Of a DNA stretch of 64,000 nt, positions 1-10,065 are shown one piece after another. Within the stretch, counting starts at the first letter, position 1, and each line of letters starts with the position of its first letter. The position numbers and the translations under genes are program-made. A model generated the notes under the pieces. The model saw only the letters and a list, made by a program, of their open reading frames with translations, had not been told where the DNA came from and made no database searches. Origin of the DNA: Minutocellus sp. GHC0000111 (taxonomy: Eukaryota); assembly GCA_977018835.1 (NCBI GenBank), contig OZ361260.1:3906001-3970000 (forward strand). The letters run 5' to 3'.

Positions 1-771
1 TGCAAGCAGCCGTACACCGACGAGGCTCTTTGCCGCCAACTGGCCGAGGCCTTCGTGGAGAGTACTGAGAACTGTCCGGATTCGCATTACGTGCGATTCT
101 TGTCTCGCTTCAACAGAGCGATACTTCTAAAAGAACAGAAACGCCTTGAAGAAGCGTTGGACGAGTTTTCCTACCTCCTCGACGTTCTCAAGAGCAACGA
201 TGCAGGTCTTTCGTTGAACGGAAAGCACATGTACGGCTATCACGCCCAGGAATATATTATGTTCACACTCGAGTTCCGGATCAACACCATCTTAGGATCG
301 ATCTACGAAAACAAGAAAAATTTCCCGAAAGCTTTGGAATATTTCAATACATGTATGAGTCAAGTGAACGATTCTTCTGCGTCTCATGTCGGTTTTAAGG
401 AACAGCGAGAATACATAGAAGATGAAACCAAAAGGGTCAAATTTAAGATGGAAACGGTGGATGATGAGTCAGCAGAGCTGGCGTGGGAAGTTGAATCTGC
501 CCGACGTAATTTAGAAAGAGAAATTCAGCTTTGCAGGCTCTCGGGAGGTACGAGCAAGGTTGAAAATGATAGGCGCATCCTCGACAGCAAGATGGAGCTT
601 GCAATCCACCTGATGAACGACTGCCAATTTCTAGAGAGTCTGAAGTTGTTCAAGGAGGGTGTGGAGTATTTTCAAAGAGTCCTCGGCCCCGAGCACCGAA
701 ACACAATAACGGCAAAAAATTTGCAAGCTCGGACAAAGGCCATGTACCTTCAGCACTTGAAGAAAACTTAG
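1..771 (+). CDS. 5'-partial TPR/helical-repeat protein
   Basis: Frame is open from base 1 (CKQPYTDEALCRQLAEAF...). TPR-like helices (LGSIYENKKNFPKALEYF) and a TPR_10/12-like end (RVLGPEHRNT). CKQPY may be the tail of an upstream RING-type finger (inference). Confidence 0.55.
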   Translation, partial: CKQPYTDEALCRQLAEAFVESTENCPDSHYVRFLSRFNRAILLKEQKRLEEALDEFSYLLDVLKSNDAGLSLNGKHMYGYHAQEYIMFTLEFRINTILGSIYENKKNFPKALEYFNTCMSQVNDSSASHVGFKEQREYIEDETKRVKFKMETVDDESAELAWEVESARRNLEREIQLCRLSGGTSKVENDRRILDSKMELAIHLMNDCQFLESLKLFKEGVEYFQRVLGPEHRNTITAKNLQARTKAMYLQHLKKT

Positions 772-871
772 TAGTGAAAATGTTTATTTTCGAAATGGTT
801 AGGCAAGATGAACTAATGCAAATGTGAAACACGAATACCTAAAATAAAATTGTCCCTTCAAAGTCATTTTA

Positions 872-3067
872 TCATCTTCTTCGTTGATCGGCAAGGTCGA
901 AGGATCCACCGTCGTCTCTCTTCACAACGAAGCATTCACCTCGTTCCTGAAGACAGCCAATCAAACATCTTCCGTCGGGGGACACGGCAATGCCTGTCGT
1001 CTCTTCGCCATCACCCCAATCCACGGGGTCCTTGTCTTCGAATATTGTATAAAAGCTATTGGCCTTGACATCCTGAAGGTAAACTCCAGGGCTATTGGAA
1101 AGATCTTCCGCATGGAACAACCATTTCTCACCGTAAAAGTAAATGTGATCCGGCTCGGCACGGTAGGTACCACCCCCGGCAATGTCGGCATTGGTCGAGC
1201 GAGATTCCCACGTGTTGGTGTCCAAGTTCAGCTGGAAGATTTTCTCAAGCCTCTTGGCCACGAAGAAGATCGTCCGTTGACCATCGATCATGGCAAAGGC
1301 AATGCCCTCGACCCAACGGTAGTTGTCGTTGGCAGATTGGCGTCCCTCCTCGATGTCTGTACTCCAATGGAACGTGCCAGAGGTGCCCTCGTTGTCAAAG
1401 ACGAGAAAGTCCACCTCGCCACGGTCATCGGACTCCATATTAGGGTGGAGGGTATCCCAACCGGCCGGAATCTGTGTTCTGGAAGGAGTGAACCGTCTCA
1501 CGGCACCCTCGTCGTCGTCCTCGGTAAAGTAAAACACTGGCAACGGACCGCTGTCATCCGTAGCCATGGCCTCCAACCGTCCCGGTGGGATCTGTGCAAT
1601 CTTTTGCGGCAATCGCCTCCCGTACGGATCCACCTGCCAACAATATCCATTCTTGTTGTCCCAGTCCTCCTCGCAGCTCACCCATGTATTCCAAGGAGTT
1701 TTGCCGCCCGAACAATTCCATATGGTCGTAACGTCCCCAGGTGGCTCACCGCATCCATCACCAGATCTTCCACCCAACCGCTTGGCATAGTCTCGCACTT
1801 CGCAGTTGGCATCAAACGCTATGCAGTACACCCCACCATGACGCTCGTCCTCGGAATTGCTGCAATAGTGAAATCCCCGTCCCCCGCCGTTGTTCACCGG
1901 CCCATCGACAACCGGATCGTAAAACGTGGCAGCCCCATCGGGTTGGGTGTGGAACTTGCACGTGCCAGAATCGGGCACCGTGGCATGAGGGGAGGTAAAG
2001 GGTACCGATTCACCGGTTTTACCAATGGATGTAATGGACAATCCCTCGGCGACGTGAATTTGGGTGGCACGGTCGTACTGCAACTGACCGAATCTGTTGA
2101 GTTGAAAGGGTGGGATGGGTGCCGGTGTGGGTTGGCCGGTGGGCGATGGGGTGGGACGTTGGGTTGGTTTGGGTGTTACGGGCATGGCCGTGGGTGCTGC
2201 AGTTGGGCCAGGCGTGGGGGGCAGCGTAGGTCTGGCAGATGGTGTGGGCGTGGGTTTGCTCGTCAGGGTCATGTTTTCAATCAACGGCCGGCCGTTGGGC
2301 TGGTACCACGGTCGAGTATGTGCCCCGTCGGCCATGGTAGGCGCCCGGTTCCTTTGTTCGGCAATGCCAAATATGGTGGCAACGAGTATTGCACCGAGTC
2401 CCAACAGGAGGAGCAGGACGATGCACGGCAATCTGTTGAAGGTGCTGCAGATACCATTGTGATTATCATCTCTGTTTTCCTTCTTCTGCCCAGCGTCGTT
2501 GTTGTCGTCGAAGCAGTCGTCGTCGTCATCCGACGTGGCCGTCGAGTTGGTATCCTTATCCGATAGAGCCGATTTGCGCCGTTCCCTGGAATCGCCATCC
2601 AGAACCATCCCGTTGACCGATACCCGCACGGCGCTCTCTCCCACACCTGGCGCAGTACTGGTATGCTGCGGTGGCGGCGCCATGAGGCTAATCTCCACCT
2701 GATCGCCATCGTAATGCATTCTGGGAGAGTCATCTGCTGCAACCTCCTCCTGCGGCATTTCCGCCGCCGATGACGACGACCAAACGTGTATTCCCAATTC
2801 CTGAAGCGTCGTGGCGGCAACGTCCAATAGACTCGTGCTGACGCCGCTTGCAGACGTGTTTTGGGCGTTTTGGCTTTCGTTGGCATCGCTCGTGTATCCG
2901 GCGGCAAGGCTGCCCCCGCTGGATTGGACGCGGTGCATTTCGGCCGACGCCAGAGCGTGGAGGCGGCTGCGGTAGTGGTCCTGCCGGCCGACACGATTGC
3001 GGCGGCTGCTGCTATTGGCGGCGCCCCCGCCGCCGTTGGAACGGGAACCGGCAGGATTCGTCGCCAT
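872..3067 (-). CDS. phoX: PhoX-family (DUF839) alkaline phosphatase, type II membrane-anchored with Pro/Thr stalk
   Basis: Motifs PDGAATF, SNSE, NCSGGKTPWNTWVSCEE, EAMA, TEDD, EGI, PD, AED, ETTGIAVSPDG..CLQ. TM helix CIVLLLLLGLGAILVATIFGIA followed by PTxxPT repeats. ATG at 3067 (MATNP) preferred over the ORF-finder start. Confidence 0.85.
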   Translation of the reverse strand: MATNPAGSRSNGGGGAANSSSRRNRVGRQDHYRSRLHALASAEMHRVQSSGGSLAAGYTSDANESQNAQNTSASGVSTSLLDVAATTLQELGIHVWSSSSAAEMPQEEVAADDSPRMHYDGDQVEISLMAPPPQHTSTAPGVGESAVRVSVNGMVLDGDSRERRKSALSDKDTNSTATSDDDDDCFDDNNDAGQKKENRDDNHNGICSTFNRLPCIVLLLLLGLGAILVATIFGIAEQRNRAPTMADGAHTRPWYQPNGRPLIENMTLTSKPTPTPSARPTLPPTPGPTAAPTAMPVTPKPTQRPTPSPTGQPTPAPIPPFQLNRFGQLQYDRATQIHVAEGLSITSIGKTGESVPFTSPHATVPDSGTCKFHTQPDGAATFYDPVVDGPVNNGGGRGFHYCSNSEDERHGGVYCIAFDANCEVRDYAKRLGGRSGDGCGEPPGDVTTIWNCSGGKTPWNTWVSCEEDWDNKNGYCWQVDPYGRRLPQKIAQIPPGRLEAMATDDSGPLPVFYFTEDDDEGAVRRFTPSRTQIPAGWDTLHPNMESDDRGEVDFLVFDNEGTSGTFHWSTDIEEGRQSANDNYRWVEGIAFAMIDGQRTIFFVAKRLEKIFQLNLDTNTWESRSTNADIAGGGTYRAEPDHIYFYGEKWLFHAEDLSNSPGVYLQDVKANSFYTIFEDKDPVDWGDGEETTGIAVSPDGRCLIGCLQERGECFVVKRDDGGSFDLADQRRR

Positions 3068-3179
3068 GGTCGTCCGTTGTATTGGGACCGAATGGAATCG
3101 AATGAATCGAATCGAATCGAAATGAAGAAGCGATGAAATCGGCACGATATGTGCTGGAAATGAACTGAAAACTATAGTT

Positions 3180-3187
3180 TGAATCTT
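3180..3187. promoter_or_regulatory. Putative PSR (phosphorus starvation response) element TGAATCTT
   Basis: Matches YGAATCTH, the motif I recall for diatom PSR; 113 bp upstream of the phoX ATG. Confidence 0.4.
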
Positions 3188-3666
3188 TCCCGCCCCCGCC
3201 GAAAAGATCCACCAGAGATTGAATGGCAGGAGGAAACCTATTGCATTCAATGCAATGCAATGCGATTGAAGTAATTCTTTGGTTTCTCTGCCGACGAATA
3301 CTTATTCTCTTTGACCCTTGCTTGCTTCGTCAGCAAGATCGATTTGCGCGCTCATCTCCTGCTTTCTCGGCATCATCAAGTTCAAATTTTCGCCCTCCGA
3401 CCTTGTTCAAAAATCATGACGAAGAAGAGCCTCCATGGCCCTTTTTGGCTTTCCGATGGCCCGGCCGGCTCGATTTTGCGACCAAGTTAGTCGTTTGGGG
3501 TTTCGTTGGACTCGACCGCTGGGGAATTTCCTGGACTCGCTCGACCCGTTTGAGGCCGTCCATTTTTTGATGCCCCGTTTCTCGTCTCGTTGTCCTTGTA
3601 GGGTCACACCAGTACGACCAGTAAACCACCCTTTGCGACAACGCAATAGCAAAAGAGCGCAGTCCA

Positions 3667-4719
3667 ATGTCAGCCCAACAGCAACAACATCACCAGATGC
3701 TCCCCCCGGCAGCTTTGAAAGATGCGCTCGAAAAGGCACGTGGTGGCGGCGGCAGCCACTCCAACAACAATATTACGAGTGTCCGAGCCCACGACGGGCC
3801 ATTGTCCCCCCACCCACCGGCGAGGGCGGTCCAGCTCTCTTCTCGTCAGCAGCAGCAGAACAAGTCCAATTCTGGACAGCCCTCAACTGCTGCTGCGCAG
3901 ATATCAACGGGTCTGCTGGCCAGCCCCCCTCCGGCCCCTCCGCCGACTCCCATCGGTCCCGTCGGAGGACGGCCGGTAATTGACGAAGACGGCGCCAACA
4001 CTAATATCAGCAGCAAAGACAGCAACGGGAGCACCCTGCCGCCCATGCTGAAGCTCAGTGCGCCGGCCTCCTCTACATCGTCTGCTGCGGGTTCGGCAGG
4101 ATCGAAAGTGAAACTGGGGAGCGGTGGTGTCGGTAACAGTAGCAGCTCTACCGGTATGATGCCGCCGCCGCCGTCCGATCTGCTCTCCCGCCTCGACGCC
4201 TTCCTGCCGCAATTGGCCAAGGCCAACCAGGATCTCCTGTCGAAAAAGACGCCAACGCATGGCAAAGATATGGAGGTCGAGGGGAGCAATGGCGATGCAG
4301 GTGATGGGGATGATGGAGCCGAGGGAATGGCAGCAGCGGCTTCTTTTTTTGCATCGGCATCGGCGTCGGCGGCCGCCGCGGTGGCGTCCCTCCAGATTGA
4401 CGCCGACATGGTCCAGTGCGGGGATAGTGGCGACAGCGACAGCGACAGCGATAGTAGCAGCGACGATAGCGATAGTGACAGCGATAGTGACAGCGACGAC
4501 GAGGATGACGACACAGAGAAGGCACCGCCGACCATCGAGATGAGCATCGCTTTAGGGCCGTTTGGTGGCGGTGGTATGTCAGATGATGGTGGTGCATTGG
4601 TAAATATCGGCAGCGGCAACATGGAGGACATCGCAGAGGACAGCGACTCGAAGCACTGTCCGAAGCCGGAGCAGCAGCCCAAGAAGCGAAAGGTACTCAT
4701 CGAGGAGATATCGTCCTAA
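3667..4719 (+). CDS. NOPCHAP1/C12orf45-like (DUF4598) box C/D snoRNP assembly chaperone
   Basis: SDLLSRLDAFLPQLAKANQDL, an acidic DS tract, IEMSIALG and C-terminal KVLIEEI match the family pattern. Confidence 0.65.
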   Translation: MSAQQQQHHQMLPPAALKDALEKARGGGGSHSNNNITSVRAHDGPLSPHPPARAVQLSSRQQQQNKSNSGQPSTAAAQISTGLLASPPPAPPPTPIGPVGGRPVIDEDGANTNISSKDSNGSTLPPMLKLSAPASSTSSAAGSAGSKVKLGSGGVGNSSSSTGMMPPPPSDLLSRLDAFLPQLAKANQDLLSKKTPTHGKDMEVEGSNGDAGDGDDGAEGMAAAASFFASASASAAAAVASLQIDADMVQCGDSGDSDSDSDSSSDDSDSDSDSDSDDEDDDTEKAPPTIEMSIALGPFGGGGMSDDGGALVNIGSGNMEDIAEDSDSKHCPKPEQQPKKRKVLIEEISS

Positions 4720-5025
4720 CGAAAAATAGCAATCTTTCTGTTGCGACATCACCATGGCAGTGGTCATGGCAGTAGCCGTATTGTTTACGTAATTGCCATC
4801 ACTATATCACTATCACTATCACCAATGCCGTGGTCATGGCATACAAGCAGGGATGCGTATTACAAATCGGCAAAGAATTTCTAGTAGATATGTTAGGTAA
4901 TTTCTGCAAAAGCCAAAGATCAAGCATAAGAAGGAATTTTCTGCTGACTTTTATGTCATGTAGCGTGGTACTTGGCTTGGATTCGACGGTTCATGTTTTT
5001 GCTGAAAAATGTAGGATTTCGACTC

Positions 5026-6592
5026 TTAGAATAATTTTGCCTGGCAATCAGTACACGCAACAACGCATTCATGACACATGGGTGAGTAGGGGAAGTCAGC
5101 ATTGCCAGTTGGAGTAGGTGTGTCAAGTGCCCAGTCAACTGGGCAGTCCGTTGTCTGAAACATATCCTCAACAACAATGGGCTGGTTGCCGATCATACGC
5201 CCCCCCAGGCACAAAGATTCTGATTAAATGCCTCAGCGTCAACGAACATGAATAGAAAGTTTGTGCCAGAGCTAACGTCCCAGGACGATATATCCTGATT
5301 GAAAGCTTCAGCACCAGAGAACATTTCCTCGAAATTCTCGCCGGAGCTTACATCCCAGGCAGAAATGTCCTGGTTGAATTCCTCGTTAAATTGGAACAGG
5401 TAAGCAAAGTTGGTAACTGAGCTAACGTTCCATCCTGAGAGGTCATGATTGTGGTTCTTTCCGCCAAACATATATTGCATAGATTTGACTGATGACACGT
5501 TCCAGGATGAGACGTCTGGGATGTCAAAGCGAACACATGAAATTCCGAGCCCAGATCTTGAAAATGCCCGCCTCATGTTCGTAACCGTTGAGACATCCCA
5601 GTTCTCGATTTTGCCATAGACAGGAACCACATCATTGTTGTAGTCAGTCTTATCACAGGGAATGTACGTTTTGATCAGATCAAAAAAGTTGCCGTCGGTA
5701 ACAGGGAGCTTAGGACGAAACGCCTCCATCCATTCCGGCACGACGCCGCGTCCATACTCCTTCTCGACATCCTTCAGAACATCTTGACAATCCTTCGTGG
5801 TGTCGTCAGACGCGCAATCATTCTCCTGATATTCGAAGCACATGTCCTCCTGCTTGTTCGACTCGACGAGGGCGTAGCAAGGATGGTCTGAGATGATGGA
5901 TGGAAACTCTCCGGACTCGAAGAGCTCCTTCTTCTGGCGGATCTTGATGACGTCCTCGACGAGGTCGGCGCAGCTGGGGTTGAGCTGACCTACGGCGCAG
6001 CCCGAAAGGTAAAAGAGGTAGCAGGTCTCGCGACGCTTCTTGTCCCCGATGCCGTAGCAGATGCCGCCAGAGAAATCGGTGTTGGACGAGGCGGGTGCAA
6101 GATCGGCAATAGCATCGGCCCAGTTTGGTCATGCCTGCTCCTTCTCGAACTCGTCGTAGATCTCCTCGACAAGGTCGATGCAGACGTCCTGAGGACCGTC
6201 GGGGCAGGCGTAGCCGCTGTTGATAAAAAGTGTGTTCATAGCACAATTAAAATGAGCGTGGGTTGGGTGGAGATGACAATCATTGTCAAACACGTGCTTT
6301 GTTTGTGTCCTAAGACAAACAAACCGATAAACGAATACATGCCATACAGCAGAATACATTCATGCACTCACAAGTAGTCAACGCATAGGTGCTGCTCCTT
6401 GTCGTCGTCGATGCCATTGCAAGCATCGACAGCCGTGTTTGAAAGGAGACGATTGGTCGACGAAGGCCTATTTTCTTCGGCGGCAAGGGGGGCAGCCGCG
6501 TCGCCGCGAAGCTCTTTGGCTATGGCAACAAAGGTGGGAGAAGTAGCCGCTACAATGACGACACTGCCGGAAATGGCACGAGAGAGCTTCAT
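5026..6592 (-). pseudogene. BspA/DUF285 repeat surface protein with three N-terminal 4-Cys repeats; interrupted as assembled
   Basis: Signal-like exon 1 6592-6372, GT-AG intron 6371-6217. WDVSxVTNMxxMF / FNQDISxWDVS repeats. In-frame TGA at 6131-6129. Frameshift in the G7 run (5206-5200) before the usual terminal DMF..T.CP...PMCHEC cap. May be intact if these are consensus errors. Confidence 0.7.
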
Positions 6593-7590
6593 GATGTGAA
6601 GATGAGTCGGAAAATGGAAGCAGACAGTATTTATTTCGACTGGCTTGGGATCGTGACAATGGCTATTGGTGATTAGGCAATTTGCGGTAGCCGAATCAGT
6701 TTTCATAACACAATCTTTGTGTTACGTGGGGTTTCAGTTGGATGGCGGACTCGAGAATCGCGGGAGGACACAAGCTGCTCATTTCCCACTTGCTCTTAAT
6801 CGAAAGTCAGAGGACGCAATCTTGGTTTTGAAGTAAGAAATTTTTGAACGAGGCCCAAGCAACAGACACAGGGCAATTTCTGACGGCGTGGCGATATCGA
6901 TAAATGACTGCTTTTGGCCAGCAACATCCTCAAAAGTACCTACGTACTGAAAGGATAGAACGCCTCCACCAAAAAAAACAGGCTCTACAGGCTTTTCCCG
7001 GCTTGGGGTGTGTGTGCGGTGCGTGGCAATTAGATTGTGCTATGAGCGACCGTATGAGAGTTGTGGCCTCTAGAGTTTTCCAAGACAAGCTGCACGCGCC
7101 GTCAGCACTAGGAATCCTACGTAATTTTTCATTTTTCATCCCCCGAGAGTCTCCGTCGCTGAACGAGACACTACATACATACTAGCTAGATAGTAGGAGT
7201 AACGATCGAGATCAGAGAGGGAGAATTGAATCAAACTCCGGACGGGGACGACTGGAGATCTTAGACCTTTCTCTTCTCATGCAGCTTTGCCGATTGAGAT
7301 TGCACATCGCATTTTTGTTGCGAAAATACAATTAATTCAGCAGGGGAGCTGCGGTTGAGAGTATTGGTGAAAATTTTCAATGGAGGGCACACAATGGGGC
7401 ACATCTTTACTTCGCCAAAGCACCAGGGACGTTCGTAGTTGGCCGAAAATAGATAGGTGACAATTTGATGAACTATTACGTAGATTTTATTTGCACATGT
7501 AATCGACGCATGTTTACGTAGGTTTGCTCGTACTGGTTTGTAATATCATAAATGTACTCCGTAAATTGTAGCTGCCAACACTTCCACTGT

Positions 7591-9489
7591 TCACAGGTTC
7601 AAAAATAATGCGCTGAACAGCATAGCCTGAGACAGTGGCGTCTGCCTCATCTTGTACTTGGCCAGGCGCCGAAAGATCTTTTCGGTCTTCTTCGGTGGCA
7701 TTACACACAGGCACTTTCGTCCGAGCCAGTTGAATGGCGCACGGAGGACGGCCTTCTGTGGACGTCGGTAGAGGCCGGCATTGCCAATGAAACCAAATCC
7801 TGACTGACTATGCCCCGGGGGAGCACCCCAAACCAACTGCGGGATGGAGTGGGCAGAGGCGGGGAAGATATTGACTCCGACGATACCGAAAGGTAGACTC
7901 GCGACGATGGAATCAAACTCCTTGGCATTCTTCTTCACAATATTGTCGGGTATCAAAATGTTGCAAGTCAGGGACCCAAAACAGTTGTCCTCGGCGGATT
8001 TTGTGGCCGACCGGAGAAATTCCAGCGGCGCCCTGTCTTCATTGTGCTCGCCGGTGCTGCTCCTGGGCAAGGGCACTTCCGATATGACGGGGCAGAATGC
8101 CTCTCGCGATAGGATATCGCTGATCACGCCCTCCTCGTCACCAATGGCATTTACATCTTCCAATAACACCGGCCTCTGCTGATCGGCAAACACATTGGTA
8201 CCGGGCAGCACCTCAGCACCTGGCAGATTGCGAAAGCTCGCGTGAACTTCGGCCGAACCAGGATAGAACGGCGGTGCACCGGCATACTGTCCCATCCAAT
8301 ATCGCAGACGGCCCATAAAGTGCTTCCTCCACGGCCACTCCTCATCCACCAGCAGAACTTGCGGAGCCGCACATACATGACCATTGTTGGCCAATCTTGC
8401 GAACGCCACGTGCCGGGCATGATGGTCTACCGACCGTTTGTTCCATTTCTTGCCTGGAACGATGATCCAGGCATTGACCCCGCCCAGCTCGGCGGTGATT
8501 TTGGTGGTGTTGGATACCAACGGACGAATCTTGTCGTACGTCGATTGCGTCCCCGTCAGCTCCACCTCGTCTAGCCTTGGATCGGCCACCAACGCGGCAC
8601 CGACGTCGGCACCACCATGAACAAAGTCCAGACACCCCGCCTCCGCCAACGATTGCAATATCTTCTGCATTGCTTGGCCCTGCAATGCATTGACTGGGTT
8701 GGGCTTGTACACGCACACTCGCGATTTCAAAAACAGTTCGCACAGCAATTCAATCGGTGCGTCGACGTTACCAGCTCCCAGTATGCAGGCAACTCCTCCC
8801 CTTGAGTCGTTCCCATATGCCTCCTCGAGAGACATTTGTTCGGCACCGTCGTCATCCAGTACAAGTTCACCCTTGAGGCCGACCGCCTCCAACTTGTCCA
8901 AGAGAGATCGGGGCCATACCGTGGCGATGGTGCGGTTGGTACCGGCTACGGCACGTACCCTGGTGGGCGGCGGGGGCATGCGGCCTTCGTTAGCGGCGCA
9001 GTGTTCCAATACACCAATCAGACCATTGACGTAGCTCCCCATGGTGGCGGTGCTCCCAATAATGACATCGGCACGGGCACATCCATGCTCGGGACGGGTT
9101 GGCGATATTTGACGAGACTGTTCAGCCAAGGCGGTCCACTCGTCGCCGTATTCCATCGTGTTGGCCAGTATTTGGTGGAGGAGATCAATCTTGGTTTGTA
9201 GAGGCGTTTGGCGCCATTGAGACGACTGCGAGGCCACGCGGGAGATGATGGCGGGTACATCCTCTGGTCGGGTTGGGGTTGGTGTTGAAGTTGCAGGTGG
9301 CTCGTTATTGGCACTGGAAAGGAGCGGCGATGCCGACGACGACGAGGAGGATGTCATTTTATTGATACGAGAAGCCGAGAAGGCGAAGGTGCCACTGCGG
9401 AAAGATACAAGCAATAGATACGCACTAACGAATAGGGTAGCGGATGATCTTCGCCTTGCTTGCAGCAGCCCTTGACGGCGGCAGGGCAT
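7591..9489 (-). CDS. Aldehyde dehydrogenase superfamily protein, possibly plastid-targeted
   Basis: GAGN, KPNPVN, GGADVG, LTGT, AELGG, NNGHVC (catalytic Cys), EAFCPV, VGVN. Hydrophobic leader ending TFA-FSAS. Start uncertain (9489 or 9357). Confidence 0.8.
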   Translation of the reverse strand: MPCRRQGLLQARRRSSATLFVSAYLLLVSFRSGTFAFSASRINKMTSSSSSSASPLLSSANNEPPATSTPTPTRPEDVPAIISRVASQSSQWRQTPLQTKIDLLHQILANTMEYGDEWTALAEQSRQISPTRPEHGCARADVIIGSTATMGSYVNGLIGVLEHCAANEGRMPPPPTRVRAVAGTNRTIATVWPRSLLDKLEAVGLKGELVLDDDGAEQMSLEEAYGNDSRGGVACILGAGNVDAPIELLCELFLKSRVCVYKPNPVNALQGQAMQKILQSLAEAGCLDFVHGGADVGAALVADPRLDEVELTGTQSTYDKIRPLVSNTTKITAELGGVNAWIIVPGKKWNKRSVDHHARHVAFARLANNGHVCAAPQVLLVDEEWPWRKHFMGRLRYWMGQYAGAPPFYPGSAEVHASFRNLPGAEVLPGTNVFADQQRPVLLEDVNAIGDEEGVISDILSREAFCPVISEVPLPRSSTGEHNEDRAPLEFLRSATKSAEDNCFGSLTCNILIPDNIVKKNAKEFDSIVASLPFGIVGVNIFPASAHSIPQLVWGAPPGHSQSGFGFIGNAGLYRRPQKAVLRAPFNWLGRKCLCVMPPKKTEKIFRRLAKYKMRQTPLSQAMLFSALFLNL

Positions 9490-10065
9490 CTTGCGATTGC
9501 AGAAGTGGGCTGGTCCATGCCGATGCCAAGCAAGCAAGTTGCCTCATACTTTAGGACAGACGGCCAGACCGAATTTTCAACAATGGCGCGCGCACAGTTT
9601 GCAAGTTGCACAGAAAGATACGGCCAGCGCATGATGTGCTGACTTGTATCGGTGTATGCTGCTTGCCTTGCCATTGGTTTATGCAGTCGGCCGCTTGGAG
9701 TAGGAATCATTATGGAGGGCGTGTTTGATTACCGGAATGCTCGGCGAGCAGCAGCAGCCGCCGTTGCCGACACAATTGACAATACTCCGCAATACGCAAT
9801 CGACGCAATCGCGATGAAATTTGTGTGCACTCAGGCGGGTACATCAGCCCCAAGAGCCCAAGAGTTACCATACAAAATATGGAATTTCATGTCCAGTCGG
9901 AGGGCAATTGCCCCGGATGAAAAAAAGAAAGATGGAAGCAATTCAGACTGAAATTGGAGATTCGAGTCGAGTCTGCAATTGCAGCCAATCGGACAGTCGA
10001 GAAGCAGAGGAGATTGTGCTTGGCCACTCCGGTGCAATAGTCAATAGTTGGAGTGAACCAAGACC

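Noticed and set aside
4430..4825. GACAGC/GATAGT and ATCACT hexamer repeats
   Set aside because: Ordinary coding (DS tract) and 3' microsatellites
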